A stretch of DNA of 63,243 bases, counting the filler, from Hyphochytrium catenoides (Eukaryota > Protista > Hyphochytriomycota): the NCBI GenBank assembly GCA_900088475.1. It is 13 parts of 13 records of this genome, joined end to end, with 100 filler letters (N's around TTAATTAATTAA, not from the genome) between each part and the next. Parts side by side here need not be neighbours in the genome. Positions count along the whole stretch, not along the records: positions 1 to 1,615 come from FLMG01003621.1; positions 1,716 to 6,900 come from FLMG01004030.1; positions 7,001 to 8,682 come from FLMG01004077.1; positions 8,783 to 13,937 come from FLMG01001909.1; 9 more parts are not named here. One strand, written 5' to 3'. The notes under the pieces are model-generated. The model was not told the DNA's origin and made no database searches. It worked only from the letters and a program-made list of their open reading frames with translations. This document shows positions 1-11,739 of the stretch, in pieces. The first letter of the stretch is position 1, and every line of letters starts with the position of its first letter. The translations under genes were made by a program, and so were the position numbers.

Positions 1-1247
1 TCAAGAAGGAGACTTCGAAGACTGTCGGCGGCTACATCTGCTCCGATGGCAAAGGGAATGACTTCACGATTTGCATCCACCCAGACCCACCGGAGCTTCT
101 TTCTGCCAAACAGGTTAAAGGTGAGAATCTTGCCGCTGTGTCTCCTTTGCTTCTTGGTGGTCGCCTTATTCTCAGATCCTCTTCGATGAAGCGGGTAATG
201 CAGTTCTGGCATGCGATGTTGAGCTGCTTTTTCACCTCTTGGAAGTATTCTTGTCATCCTCTGTACCTTCCTTGTCGTTTTGCATTCGACATACGTTTGC
301 CATTTGTTGCTAAGACTCTCGGTCGCTGTTGTCTCTCCACGCAGCCTTCCACAAAGCGGAGTGGGGACGGAAGATCACGTTTGACACCGTGAATGGCGCT
401 CTGATCATATCCTTCAGTAACAAGTCATACATTAAACTTGCGCAGGAGCGGCTCGAAGAGGTAACGGAGAGGAGCATCCTCTAATCTATCCCTTCTTCAT
501 TTTTTTGGCCCTTGCTTGTTGGCTTTCCCTTTCTCTTGGCTCCTCTGAGGAGGAAGAGTGTTGGACAGCGTGCCAGAGAAGATTGAACATACATCCTTTG
601 CTTTTGCCTCTCAGTTCCATTCGTCTTAATGGGCAGACCCACCTTAAGAGATCTTTCATCAGCAGCGAGGCTGCTGATCTTTCTAGTGCTGTCACCTCTG
701 ACCGCAAACCGCTTCCCTCCCTTTCGGGTCTCTTTCTCTCTCTATATACTTGTACATCGGTTATAGTTGGTGAGCGCGGAGGACCGGACACTATGCACTC
801 TACCCTTACAAGACGGTCCCGGCTCAATTGTCTTCTCCCTGGAAAGCAGCCCCGCGGACCAGAAGCAAATCATAGAAACGACACGCCGGCGCGGTGGCGC
901 AGGGGGCGAAGAAGTTCCTTCATCCTCTCGCATGCTCATAGGAGTTCTGTTCTTCACCCTACCCTTAGGCCTCTATCTCACCGGTAAGAGATCTTCCTCT
1001 CTTCTACTACGCCTCCGTGGGTCCTCGTCCTCCTTGAACACGGGCCTAGTTGTCTCTGGAGCTACGTCTCGGCAAGACATTCACTTTTTGAACTTTCTCG
1101 GTACAACCATCCTTGAGCAATATCTCACGCTGTCTCTCGGCCCGCCCAACCTGCCATGCGCCGGCGACGCTGATAGGTCACATTTCCTTCATTATTACGT
1201 GCGCCACCTTCCTCATGGGACTGGTTTCCTCTCTGTCCCTCTTAAAG
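1..1247 (+). CDS. Partial multi-exon gene, unknown protein
   Basis: GT-AG splicing by hand gives a plausible frame: KKETSKTVGGYICSDGKGNDFTICIHPDPPELLSAKQ|ILFDEA|AFHKAEWGRKITFDTVNGALIISFSNKSYIKLAQERLEE|... Later coding-like blocks lie in ORF 767..1663. No family recognised and exon boundaries are tentative. Confidence 0.35.
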
Positions 1248-1615
1248 TAAGCAGCGTCCGTCCGTCCCCATCTCCTCTTGCCTTCTCTGTCTTGTCAGGT
1301 CTATCGCATGGTTTCTTCTTATCTTTTTGCTTTCGCATCTTCTTGTATGGTCTCTTCTCGAAGCCTGAAGCTCTTGTCTATAAATCCCTTTACAGATCTG
1401 CTAGGCTCGACTCTTATTCTCCGCTCCCCGTGTCCACTTCATCTACCGTCTTTAAGCCTTTCCTGCGCAAGCACGTTATTGCTAGTTTTGAATCCCTGAA
1501 ACCTAACCATGTGACCTCATGGTACCCGTTCGTTGGCTTTCCCTGCTTCTTTCTAAGGCCGAAGCCCAAGCAAGCCCAAGTCGATAACGTCAGCATGTTC
1601 TTTAGCACAGAGTGG

Positions 1616-1715
1616 NNNNNNNNNNNNNNNNNNNNNNNNNNNNNNNNNNNNNNNNNNNNTTAATTAATTAANNNNNNNNNNNNNNNNNNNNNNNNNNNNN
1701 NNNNNNNNNNNNNNN
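1616..1715. other. Artificial contig spacer (N44-TTAATTAATTAA-N44, stops in all six frames)
   Basis: The identical 100-nt spacer also occurs at 6901-7000, 8683-8782, 13938-14037, 21417-21516, 23738-23837, 32959-33058, 35125-35224, 36907-37006, 55946-56045, 59387-59486 and 62062-62161. Confidence 0.97.
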
Positions 1716-2459
1716 CTGTTGTCTCTACTGCCCGGAGGGTTTCGACTTATGAACCCACAGAAAGAGAGCTCCGAAGAGCCTCTACTGCAAGAGTAATGGC
1801 TGGCCACTCTATGTTGGCCAGTACTCAGCTAGACGGCTGAGGTAATGCGCTGGAGGTCAGGGAGACTTTAACTGGCAATATTTTCTACACAGACCTATCT
1901 TCGCCCGCCGGAATGAATCTCTTCTTGCCGCGGCGAGTTAGGCGCTTGCGTCTCTGTGTCCCTGGCACTGCTGGGGTGCTGCCATCTTGCCTCTGCTCTT
2001 CTCTTCTCTCTATTTCTTCTCTTCCTCTCGCTTGCCTTCGGCTGCTCTCTTGTCTCTTGCTCTCCCCAGCAGCAGCACCATCTCTCCCTCTCTCCCCTCT
2101 CGTCACAACGTATGACACTCCTCCTCGTCAGAGCTCCTCCTGGACTTGGACCCACAATGGGTCTGTCCGCCTACCCACCCGCCCCCACGTCGCACATCAA
2201 AGGTGTGGGTTTGGACCTGCCTACAAATTGGCCTATTTCCGACCTCACCCACATGCCCCGCAGACCGCCCCAAGAGCCACCCATCCACCCACCGTTCTGA
2301 TGTTAGCAAGAATCAGCCGTTTTTCCCTCTCCCTTGTCGTATGTGCTCCTCCTCCTCTCCCTCCCTCCGTTCCCTCCTGCTCTAAAGAAGTCCTGTTATC
2401 GCCGCCTAGTTCCCAGTAGATAATTGACCACCACCAGCTAGCAGTGTGGAACAGTGTTG

Positions 2460-3350
2460 TTCTTGAGCTTCGCGTTAAGAGTTGAGCTTTGTTGGGAAGG
2501 ATGATGATCTTGCTGCCATCACTGTGGGATTCGTCCTTGGAAGGTAATAGTCATCACAGACTATATGCATAATACTTGTATGGAGGAGTTCAGTTACAAG
2601 CTCTTAGCTCTCGTCCACGAGCAGTCAATTCCAGACCTCTAACAACATACAGAGCTTCTCTACCCTGCGAGCGAAAAGAAGAAAGCTTCTTCGCTAAAGC
2701 TTCTTCTCCTGCCTAGAGTTTTTCACTAGAGTATTCACACCTTCAACCACTCGTTCATTCCGGCACCAAAAAAATGAACAATGTATTATAGGACCTGCCT
2801 GGACTGAGTTAGTGAAGCAGCAGGTCATCACATATTGCGCTAGACCCGTTCCCCTGAAACTTCGGGATCGGATCCGTAGATGAACTAACCATACATCATG
2901 AATCAAGAAAAGAAGCAGATTCGGTTGAGGATGATGTACTGCTCTTGCTTCGTCCGACCACCCTTTGAAGAAGCAACAAGTCGAAAGGAGAGTGAGTTAT
3001 CGAGATCTTGCTTGACTTACAAGGTGTTTTTTATTGGACCAAGTGTTCCTCATCATAAGAGAGGAGTAAGCCGAAGGGTCCAGATCAAGCATACTCTTCT
3101 GTTGCCTGTGCCAGAACGCCTGGTTGACTACTATGATTACGCTTCCGTCCAATCCGTTCTATGTAGCTCCACTCGGTTCACTGCGCCTTATGTGTCTAGC
3201 TAGCTGGTGGGCCTTGAATTCTTCGGAGTACCTAATAAATAGTACACCATCACCCTGTAGAGGGCACGCAACAATTGACCCTCTAGGAGAATAAAGTCCG
3301 CCGTATGGCGGGATTTGGACGTCAGTACAAGTACTTCTCATCATCGCTTA
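2460..3350 (-). mobile_element. Highly decayed Ty1/Copia pol remnant
   Basis: Minus-strand fragments VLFIRYSEEFKAHQL (like Copia post-integrase ClFlGYseesKaYRl) and MIHDVWLV (like the RT start N.VW.LV) occur in Copia order, with many stops and frameshifts. Confidence 0.35.
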
Positions 3351-3892
3351 CTTTTCCTCGTTTCGGCGTACGTTATTCTAATAGCCGTTAGTTCTCAGGA
3401 CAGTGTTCAATGTAGTTCAGGCTCCATGCTCCAGCCTCGCGCCTGCCTGCAAGAATTCCTGCTCAGCGCTGTTTTGAGTGTGCAGTTCATGAGCTATCCC
3501 GCAGGCGCGAGACTGGAGTTTGGAACGTGGAGCCTGGAGTGTGGGTTGGAGGTTGGAGACTGTTGAGGAACAGACTGCGACCTTCATGCATCAGCGCTGA
3601 TAGACCCATCATCCCATTACCCAGGCTTCTTTCGTCTGGTGGAGCCGATGAACGGTGAACGGCAACTTCGCCAACTTGATCTCATCGCCACTCCTCTAGG
3701 ACCCCTTGTTGATAGTGGATGTAGTATACCAGCCCCAAGTCAAAAGAGAGAAAGGCTCTAGTAGCAGTATACGGTCTCTACACTAGCTCTATGGACCTCT
3801 GTCTCAAATTAGAACCCAGCGCTTGCTTAACCCTCTGGAACTAGGAACAGCCATCATGCCTTCAGCATTGGTTCATGAGATGATTGACCAGG

Positions 3893-4255
3893 TGTTACAA
3901 GAGCTATTATTGGCTCCTTTGTCTCTTTGATTTCCATTTTCCCAAATAATGAAATAAAAGCTACAATGGCCGCTGGATGGTTCCTCGTCCTCAATCCCCC
4001 CCATAAATTTGTGACTTTTCCCTTTTGATTTGATTTGCTGAATAAAAAAAATACAATAAACCTAAATTCGGTTTCATTTATAAAAAGTTTATACCAGCAA
4101 CTATAAAACACTTTGATAGCCTAAGATCTAACCTTACGTAGGCCCTGGCTCAAGAGTTTCACATAGTGCACAACTAATTTTAATTTTTTTTGTATAAAAA
4201 TCCTAACCCTAACCCTAAATCCTAAAAAGGTGGGGAAGCGGAGTGCATTACAACA
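3893..4255. repeat. AT-rich TGTT...AACA-bounded segment (possible solo LTR) with interstitial telomere-like repeats
   Basis: Starts TGTTACAA (3893) and ends TTACAACA (4255). It is an AT-rich island with CCTAACCCTAACCCTAAATCCTAA at ~4202-4225. No TSD seen. Confidence 0.3.
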
Positions 4256-5920
4256 CTTCTGGGGCTTCCTCTAAACTTCCCCTGTTCCCTGTACAGTATT
4301 TCTATTGGGTTTCTTCATTATTCTTCATCGTCACACTTCTTCTCACTATTTCTATCCTAGGAGACATATCTCCTCTAGCTCTCTCGATTTGTATATAGTT
4401 CGATAGATCTCTGTCTCTCATCCATCAATATCTCTTTGCCTCCTCTACCTACAGCACTTGCCCTGTAAAAGTTCCTTCATGTACCGATAGAGAGCGCCGT
4501 CTAGTGTGCTGCGGATTCTTCATTATTTTTGCCCCCAGTTTTTTAGCTAGTTCTACTGGTTGTTCTGCTTGTGTTGTTCCCCTTTCTCTGTCACAGTCCT
4601 ACAAATAACTTGTAGAACCTCCAGGAACCACTGGGTCTTGCTGGTACACTATCAGGCTATCAGGAGGTGATGGCAAGGAGCCGGAATGTCTGTGGGCTCG
4701 ACTAAGAGGCAGTTGTGGTTGCGCTTGTTCCTTCCAGACTGAAACAATCACAGCAGGGCATCTCGTGCTACCTCTGTCTCGAAGCCATCCTTCTCTTTGA
4801 GAGGTATACGGGTATAGACCATAAGGGTGTGACTCTGCCTGGGATAGGGGTCCTCTCTCTATGCTCTGTCATCGTCGATAGAGTTGTAAAAATTGTGTAC
4901 AAGGTGTTAGCAGTGGAGAGAGCGCAGTAAGACAAATGCTGGATGGGTTCCACCCCGCCGGAAACTATCAAAACAGCCCAAAACACAGCCCTGTGCCAAC
5001 CATGATCTCTCTCCCTTTCCTCTCTCCCTTTTTTCTCTCTCCCTTTCCTCTCTCTCTCTCTCTCTCTCTTTTTTTTTTCCTTCACCGTTCTCTCTCTCTC
5101 TCTGTCTTTCCACCTTCCCTCTCTCTCCATCCAATCTATACTATCTCTCACACAGCTAGGAAGGAACATTTCTACTGCCTTACTCTGTCTAGTTCTCTCC
5201 CTCAGCTCGCGGGCATAGTATCTGACATCCTTCTTCTAATAATGACCTCTGCTGCGCCTCACTATCCAGTTCCTTCTCCCTTCTCTCTCTACCTTGTGGC
5301 CCGACAGTGGTTGCAGACTGAGCAGGAAGTGATGTTCCGTTGTCCAAGGTGAGACTCGAGGGGGCAAGAAAGCTAAACAGAAGGCAAGGGAGAGTCGGTT
5401 CCACAGAGGCAACAATCCTTACAAATGACGGCAGAGACAGTCGTAGTGTCTACCTCCTTATCACCTCTCCCCAGTCTCCTTCCGCTTCTCGTGCTCTGTC
5501 TTTTCCCCTTCACTCCTGTCGCTTCTGTCTACAGTGACTAGTGTCTCTCTCCTTTCTATAGAACTAGGGCTCTCTCCTGTCTCTAACCATGAAGAGTTTT
5601 TTTCCGGGGTGTGTTCCCCACTCGAAGCCAGCAGCCTGCCATTGCAGCTGGGCAGTAACAGGGCAGTGGCACACCGTCAGGGGCCCATAGTGTGAACATG
5701 GTGAAGAACAAGGGCAGGCCCGCCTCCAAATTCCACTCAGGATCGTTTCTACTTGGCTTCACTTGCGCTCTTTCTCCCCTCCAAGCAGCCGCTCCAACAC
5801 AGGCTCGAAGGAGAGAAAGCTCTGACTCCCAGCGCCAGTCCCTTCCTGCCCTATTCCCTTTCGCTTCTTTTACCTAAAGCTCCGACTAATTTTGCTGTGC
5901 TCCGGCCCACACACGGCACA

Positions 5921-6900
5921 ATGGCTCACGGAGATATCATGAGAATCTCTCCCGAGGAGAGCCTCACCTTAAAGAGGCAGAACACCTACCAGCGAATTGC
6001 AGGCGCGGTCTCTCGCGCGCTGGTCCGCATGAAAAGTAGCCGAGAGGAGCCAGAGGTCTCACCTCGCAGCAAGGAGGAAAAGATGCGAGCTCTGGCCTCA
6101 GAGAAATCTACTGCGTGCACCATCATTGATTACCATGGGGACGATTCTGCCATTGCGGCTCCAAGCTTCCACGTTGTCTCTGATGGCGTGAGCGGCACCA
6201 TGGCCTCTTCAGCACCTCTCGCTCGCTCGCTGGTCGTCAATGTCGGTACGGAGCTCGCACAGATTAATAGGAAGTTTAGAAGAAGTGCTAAGGTCCCAGT
6301 CAAGGTTTTTAGGGAGGCGGTGGCACGAGGCGTGGTAAAGACTCAGGAGAAGTTTGGAGACTGTGAGCCAACGAGTTGCATGCAAGCTACGCTCACTGTG
6401 GCTTATATTGACAAGCAGTCCAACACACTACTCACTCTCTGCGTGGGAGACAGCAAGGCCATTGTTGTGAGAAAGAAGAACGATGGCTCTCCCCTGATTG
6501 CCTACGAGTCGACCGCGGTCCTTTCAGATTTCAATGCGCCAGTGGTGGTTAGCACCAACAGCGCGACGGATGGGTTCACTTGCGCAAAGGTGGACGAGTT
6601 TGAACTGGACAAGGGAGACATTGTCATGACCTTCTCAGACGGCGTTGGAGATAATATGTTTGCTGATGAGATTGCCGTGAACGCCATGAAGTTCGCTTCT
6701 GGAGGTCCCGAGGCTATTAGCAACGGCATCGCAGATCTCGCTAAAGATTATTCAATGATGACAGGGCCGGAGAACCCTTGGGTCCTGGGTGCGAGTGAGG
6801 CTTATTATGCTAGGGCAAAATCGGTGTACCAGGCCAATCCATGCGAGCGATCCCTTCAAGTCCTCGAGGACGCAAAGCAGAAGTACTATCGGCTCATCAG
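5921..6900 (+). CDS. PP2C-family (PTC7-like) protein phosphatase, intronless, 3'-truncated at contig end
   Basis: PPM motifs in order: HGDDS, VVSDGVSG, QATL, CVGDS, DFNAP, KGDIVMTFSDGVGDN, ENPW. Open frame from ATG 5921 to the spacer; the final DD motif is not reached. Confidence 0.85.
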
Positions 6901-7000
6901 NNNNNNNNNNNNNNNNNNNNNNNNNNNNNNNNNNNNNNNNNNNNTTAATTAATTAANNNNNNNNNNNNNNNNNNNNNNNNNNNNNNNNNNNNNNNNNNNN

Positions 7001-7042
7001 AACCCTAACCCTAACCCTAACCCTAACCCTAACCCTAACCCT
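7001..7042 (-). repeat. Telomeric (TTAGGG)n tract at contig end
   Basis: About 7 perfect AACCCT units start at the first base of the contig, in the C-strand orientation expected for a left chromosome end. Confidence 0.9.
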
Positions 7043-7900
7043 TACCCGCTGTCCGCTGCCCTTTCCAAATACGCTGCCATATCTTTAACCCGCTACCCTT
7101 TCTTACCCGCTTCCTGACCCGCTGCCCTAAGCGTAACCGGCTGCCCTATTCGTAACCCCCTGCCCTAACCCGCTGCCGTATCCATAAGCCGCTGACCCGC
7201 TGCATTAACCGTAACCCCCCGCCCTAACCCGCCGCCGTAACCTTAACCCGCTGCCTTAACCCACTGCCCTAACCTTCTTCCCTTACTCGCTGCCCTAACC
7301 CGCTGCCCCAACCCGTTGCTTTAACCTGCTACCCTAGCCCGTTGCCCTAAACCCCTGCCTTACCCTTGCCCTATTGACTGTTCTTAGTTGCTGCCCTTAC
7401 GCGGTCCCTTATCTTATCGTTACCCCACTGCCTATCCCTAACCCTCTGCCTATTCTTACCCGCTTCCTATCTTATTGTATTCCGGTACCCCACCTATCTC
7501 ACTCCCTATCCCTAACCCGCTGCCCTTTCCTTAACCCTAACCTGCCGCACTAACCCAACCCCCTAACCCGCTGCCCTATCCGTCTCTTACCCGCTACCCT
7601 TACGCGTACCCTTATCTTACCGTTAGCCCGCTGCCTCTCCCAAACCCACTACCTAACCTTTACCGCTCCCTATCTTATTGTATTCCACTACCCCATCCCT
7701 AACCCACTGCCTTATCCCCAACTCGCTATCCTTTCTTATCCGCTAGCTAGCGCCGCTGCTCTATCTCTTATGCCACTGTCCTTCCTTACCCGCTAGCTAA
7801 CCCGCTGTTCTTTCTTTTATCCCTAGTTCTTTCCCGACCTGCTGCGGCTCGCTGACCCTCCTGTTCTGCTCGGTCTCTCTAACCCTAAGCCATTTACTAG
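7043..7900. repeat. Subtelomeric satellite, consensus unit ~TAACCCGCTGCCC (13 bp)
   Basis: Many degenerate copies of CCCTAA+CCCGCTG (e.g. gccctaacccgctgcc at ~7162 and 7292), becoming more degenerate inward. Confidence 0.8.
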
Positions 7901-8036
7901 CCCGCTGCTCATTCTCATCTTCGCTGGCCTTGTTGTATCCAGTTGTTCTTTTCCTAGACGGCTGCTACTTCTACCCGTTCTTTAATTCGCTCACTAACCC
8001 GCTCAGTACTGCGCCAAACCCATTCCAAACTGCTAA

Positions 8037-8682
8037 CTACTCTCTAACCCATCTTTTTCTTCCGGGTTGTTGGGTCGTGCCGGCCGGAGGCGCTCCTCCG
8101 CGGTCTTGTAGATGGTCTTCTTCAAAGCTTGTACTACCGATCTGGAAAGCTAAGGGAGATCGAGGCTGCCTGATGCTTTGGCCACTAGTCAAGGTTGCAA
8201 GACCAGCCTGAATCTTGTCTCTCCGCCCTCTCCTATGAGCCTCGTCCACCAGTGTGGACATGAGGAACGCTGGAGTTAGAACAGTTCTATCAGGAATGCA
8301 CTTCATTGCCAGGATAAAGCTGTCATAGCTCTTCGGCAAGCTGTTGAAGAGTCTCAAGACAAAGTCACCGTCTCCCACCGCATACGGTGTCTCATCTAGG
8401 TTGTTCCTTAGATCCATCAAGTCTCCCAAATGTCTTTTGACAGATCCTCCTTCTGCTAACTGGAGATTCAAGAATCTCATCTTCAAGACTTCTGGGTCGT
8501 CATGCCCGTTGTTCTGGTAGACTTTCTGTAGGGCCTGTCATGCTTTTCCCAGGGGTGCTCGTCCCTTTCACGTACACTCTCTGTGCCTTCTCAATGGTCA
8601 TGCATATGTAGGCATAAGCTCTCTCTGCAGCTTCTGTTGAGAGCAGTCCGGTCACGACGTACCAACCGGCGCGCTAACAGAG
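8037..8682 (-). pseudogene. Ty1/Copia gag (UBN2/Retrotran_gag_2-like) pseudogene fragment
   Basis: KA*QALQKVYQNNGHDDPEVLKMRFLNLQLAEGGSVKRHLGDLMDLRNNLDETPYAVGDGDFVLRLFNSLPKSYDSFILAM matches the Copia gag pattern. An in-frame TGA sits where Trp is expected. Confidence 0.8.
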
Positions 8683-8782
8683 NNNNNNNNNNNNNNNNNN
8701 NNNNNNNNNNNNNNNNNNNNNNNNNNTTAATTAATTAANNNNNNNNNNNNNNNNNNNNNNNNNNNNNNNNNNNNNNNNNNNN

Positions 8783-9217
8783 AGTAATCTTCCTCTCATG
8801 GACCCAGACTTTGACCTCGTTCGGATCCAGTGAGTGGCCCCACCACCCCTGTTCTCTCCTACAGCTTTATCTCTATATCTTTGGCTTCTAAAGCTGTCTC
8901 TCTCTCTCTTCTCCTTCCTTGTTACGTGAGATGCCAGATAATTCTGTCTATCATCATGCTATTAGTCTCTTTGTTTGAACGCCTCTTCTTAGTATCTTAG
9001 CTTCCTCCTCTATCAGGAGGATGAAGGTAGTCACCTGGTTTTCTCTCAATTGTCTCTGTGACAGGCCTGGCCTGGCTTTTGCAGTGCAGCAGTTCGAGGG
9101 TCCTGCCTCAGAGTATGAATATCAGTATCGGGCCCAGCAGCTGCGCGCTGAGCTCAATGCCTCAGGGCTGGCAGTCGTCCAGGATAGATTCCAGGAGCTG
9201 TGGGTCATGATGGATCC
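8783..9217 (+). CDS. Two exons of a probable SOUL/haem-binding-like protein (partial)
   Basis: Exons 8783-8829 and 9065-9217 (GTGAGT and GTAAGT donors) give SNLPLMDPDFDLVRIQPGLAFAVQQFEGPASEYEYQYRAQQLRAELNASGL...MMDP, which resembles the SOUL C-terminal AV..F.G......L...L...GL pattern. Last exon not identified. Confidence 0.4.
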
Positions 9218-11118
9218 GTAAGTAGCACGGAAGCTATACCCTTACCGCCTCTCTCTTTCTCTCTCCGGTCACTTCTCCTTAGCTCCACCTTTCTCTCTCT
9301 GTCCCTCCTCTCTCTCCCTCTCACTTTTTCTCTTCCTTCTTGTACCTCAAGATTGCCCTCACGCGCTCAGTCTTTCTTCTCCTTTTCTCTGTCTCCATCT
9401 CTATATCCTCCGAATTCTCTTTCTCTCGTAAAGGTTCTGAACATCTCAGACTCTTCCTGATCTTTGCTTCCCCATAGTTTTGACAGTCCACTAGAAACTC
9501 TTTCTCTCTCTGTGATACCTTTCTAGGCTTGTCTTCACCACCAGTACTTCTGCTTGCTTCTAGCTCCTTCTCTCAGCTGCAGTTGCCTGACCTTTCACCT
9601 TGAGCTGTCCATGTCTTCTCTCTTTCTTTGAGTTGGATGCAGTCTCTCTTCTCTCTCACTCTCTCTCTCCTTTCACTCTTCGGCATGCTTCTTTGTTGGG
9701 CTCATGATATCCATTTCCTTGTGTGCTAGGCTTCGGAAACAAGGGTCACCGCGGTCGGAGGTGTGGATCCACACCGAGAGCTGCTTTTTCCCATGACACG
9801 TTAGAGCTTCTCCAACCCCTTTCTCTCCTGCTCTCTCTCCTACTCTCTCGAGCCCCAACAGTGAGCCCGGCCCCTCAGCAAACTGAGGTTATATAAGGAC
9901 TAGGGCCAGGAAGAGAGACGGTGTTCTTTCAAATTCTAATCTCCTATGGAGCTATTTCTCTCTTTCTTTGAGTCTCTCTCTCTTTCTCTCTCTGGCGTTA
10001 GCGACCTATCTTTCATATTTATTGAACAAGTGCTTTTGGCCTGGAAAGCCAGGGAGAGAAAGTTTCTTATGAGAGAGAGAGGGCTTTGCCCTTGCCAAGG
10101 TCATCAAGTAAAGTTGAAAGTGAAGATAGCAATGCTTAGGAGAAAGGGGATGCCAGTGACTTTTGTGGGCTGATTGATAGAGGATAGAGGATCCAGGGGA
10201 AAGGAAAGTGGCTCTCTCTCTCCCTCTCTCTCTCTCTTCCTCACATGTCAGATCCCCCGACAGCCTGTTCTTTATATTAAGAACGGCGGCAGAGGCTGGG
10301 GCATAGGGAGAACACCTCTATCCAAGAAGGAATAGACATTAAGAGGAGACAAAGCTGTCACTTTCTTTCTCTCACTGTGTCTCAGTCTCTCGGGTGCTGG
10401 AGTCTCTTTCTCTCTCTCTTTCCCACGTAGCGGCCCATGGGTAGCTCTCGATGATATCGTTGTTAGGTTAGAAGAGTTAGTAAGACTTGGCTGGGGCAAG
10501 AGAAGAGAGAGAAAGAGTTCGATTTGGGGAGAGGAGGAAGAGAAAAGAGCATTACTCCTGCTGTCAATCATAGGGAACGAATTTTTTCTGGAGAGTCGCA
10601 AGTTTCACCTACCACTAAGCTTATTCTCTCCTGTCTCTCTCTCGTCTCTCTTTCTTTCTCTCTCTTTTGCTCTTTGTGTTCTCCCCGCCCACGCCCTCCT
10701 CCCTTTTGTCCCCGAATCCTCTGTCATGCAAAGCGAAAAGCTTCACCTCCACCGAGAGAGAGAAAGATCAGCCAATGGCGAACACCGCAGACGCCTCCGA
10801 CGGGCATCTGTGGCCCCTTTGGCTTCTCTTTTCTATAGAAAAGAATGCAAAAGGAAGAAAGAAAGAGACCTAGCCCTTGGCTTCCCAACATCCCTCCTGT
10901 TTTCTCTCTCTCTTTCTCCGTCTCCCTCACGTCCACGAAAGAAGCCGTACTCAGGAGTTCAGCAGCTATCATCATCCTCTCCCTTCTCTTGCTGTCCTCT
11001 CTTTTCACTCTTCTTCACCTCTTCCTTCTCTCTGTTCACTCTTCTTTCCCTCTCTCTTCTCTCTCTTTCTCTCACTGTGTCTCCGTCTCTCTCTTTCTCT
11101 CTCTTTCTGCAGAACTCT

Positions 11119-11697
11119 TTATCTGAACGCTATGTCAGCTGCGATGGCAATGTGATCTGAGGGATATTCTTCACAGGGAAGGCGGCAAGACGGAAGAGAG
11201 TCGAGAGGAGGAGCCTGGAGTCTTCTTAGTACTGAGAAGTGAGCCCGACTGAGCCTGCGGAGAGAAAGAACGAAAGAGAGAGAGAGAGAGAGGAAAGGGA
11301 AAGAGAAGAAGAGAGGAGAGACAATCAAGCGTAAAGAGAGAGAATCGACACTCGACGAAGAAAGAAAACGCAGAAACAGTGGAGCCACAGAATTCGCAGA
11401 GAGAAGAAGCAGAGAAGTGGGAGGGAGAGAAAGGGAGGGTGGGAGAGAGAAAGAGAAAGGAAAAGAAGAAGAAGAAGAAGAGAGAGGAGAGAGCAGGTTG
11501 ACAGGCTACGGAGGAGTGAGTGTCGAAGTGTACCTCTCTCTCTCTCTTACCAGATATAATCAATGACAGTCCTCGTCTCCCCACCTTTCTCTCTCACTTT
11601 CCACGTTGTATAGTGTCGACCCTCTTCCTCAGCGCCAGTCAAACCATAACAGCTCATCAGCTCCAACCTGTGCAGCAGAAAGAGAGAGACACACACA

Positions 11698-11739
<42 letters not shown>

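Noticed and set aside
1616-1715. Recurrent TTAATTAATTAA palindrome as a biological repeat or CRISPR-like array
   Set aside because: It is always centred in exactly 100 nt of N padding, so it is an assembly concatenation linker.
4190-4260. Telomerase RNA gene (TATAAAAA followed by CTAACCCTAA)
   Set aside because: The template-like sequence abuts the TATA motif and would fall upstream of a transcription start; no supporting structure is seen.
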